A stretch of DNA of 64,000 bases. Origin: Acidimicrobiales bacterium. Its GTDB lineage: Bacteria > Actinomycetota > Acidimicrobiia > Acidimicrobiales > SZUA-35. The stretch covers positions 3,616 to 67,615 of the forward strand of contig JBKDZN010000219.1 of NCBI GenBank assembly GCA_047971245.1, given 5' to 3'. The notes beneath the pieces are model-generated. The model had not been told where the DNA came from. It saw only the letters and a program-made list of their open reading frames with translations, and searched no databases. A program made the position numbers and the translations under genes. Shown here piece by piece: positions 64,000-64,000 of the stretch (positions are counted from its first letter, which is position 1; each line of letters begins with the position of its first letter).

Positions 64000-64000
64000 G

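Noticed and set aside
1-64000. Mobile elements, prophage, toxin-antitoxin or defence islands, and rRNA/tRNA genes.
   Set aside because: I recognised no integrase, transposase, recombinase, nuclease-toxin or cas-like ORFs in any frame, and no tRNA-like T-arm or anticodon-arm sequence. The only compositional anomaly is the lactonase/P450/LysR insert, which lacks mobility genes.

Overview
Very GC-rich, gene-dense chromosomal segment; I did not compute composition. Third codon positions are almost all G/C, so every real gene casts long antisense shadow ORFs. Content looks actinobacterial: an XPB helicase pair, a BioQ/BioY unit, classical menaquinone genes, a PIG-L deacetylase, -10-box-to-start-codon spacings typical of leaderless mRNAs, and many ATGA/GTGA 4-nt gene overlaps. 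I support about 60 CDS. Main blocks: (1) a minus-strand purine operon, purL(large)-purC-purF-purD::purM-purN-guaB-deacetylase (5.7-17.5 kb), with unusually fused enzymes; (2) metY, a CoA-binding protein, an SDR and azlCD (18.7-22.6 kb); (3) regulators, a MerE-like protein and an ECF sigma / anti-sigma / secreted beta-helix module (23-29.6 kb); (4) XPB helicase with its large partner gene (30.9-35.1 kb); (5) a GrdB/PrdB-like gene interrupted by one in-frame TGA in a UxxC context, a candidate selenoprotein (37.6-38.4 kb); (6) a cobalamin riboswitch driving a BtuFCD-like ABC importer (44.1-47.3 kb); (7) a menaquinone cluster (menC, menH, menD, menB, menF) split by a lower-GC lactonase/P450/LysR insert (47.5-58.1 kb); (8) bioY and a BioQ-like TetR gene with two TGAAC-N3-GTTCA operators (61.8-63.2 kb). 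I saw no rRNA, tRNA, CRISPR array, transposase, integrase or phage genes. Non-coding signals include several near-perfect tandem repeats (73 bp x3, 15 bp x6, 16 bp x3, 24 bp x2), long perfect hairpins, and a duplicated promoter-like box, one copy of which precedes a 10-codon mini-ORF. No clear novel multi-gene defence-type system is visible. The most unusual items are the candidate selenoprotein, the fused purine enzymes, the repeat arrays and the duplicated leaderless promoter with its uORF. All family assignments come from motif recognition by eye; no searches were run.
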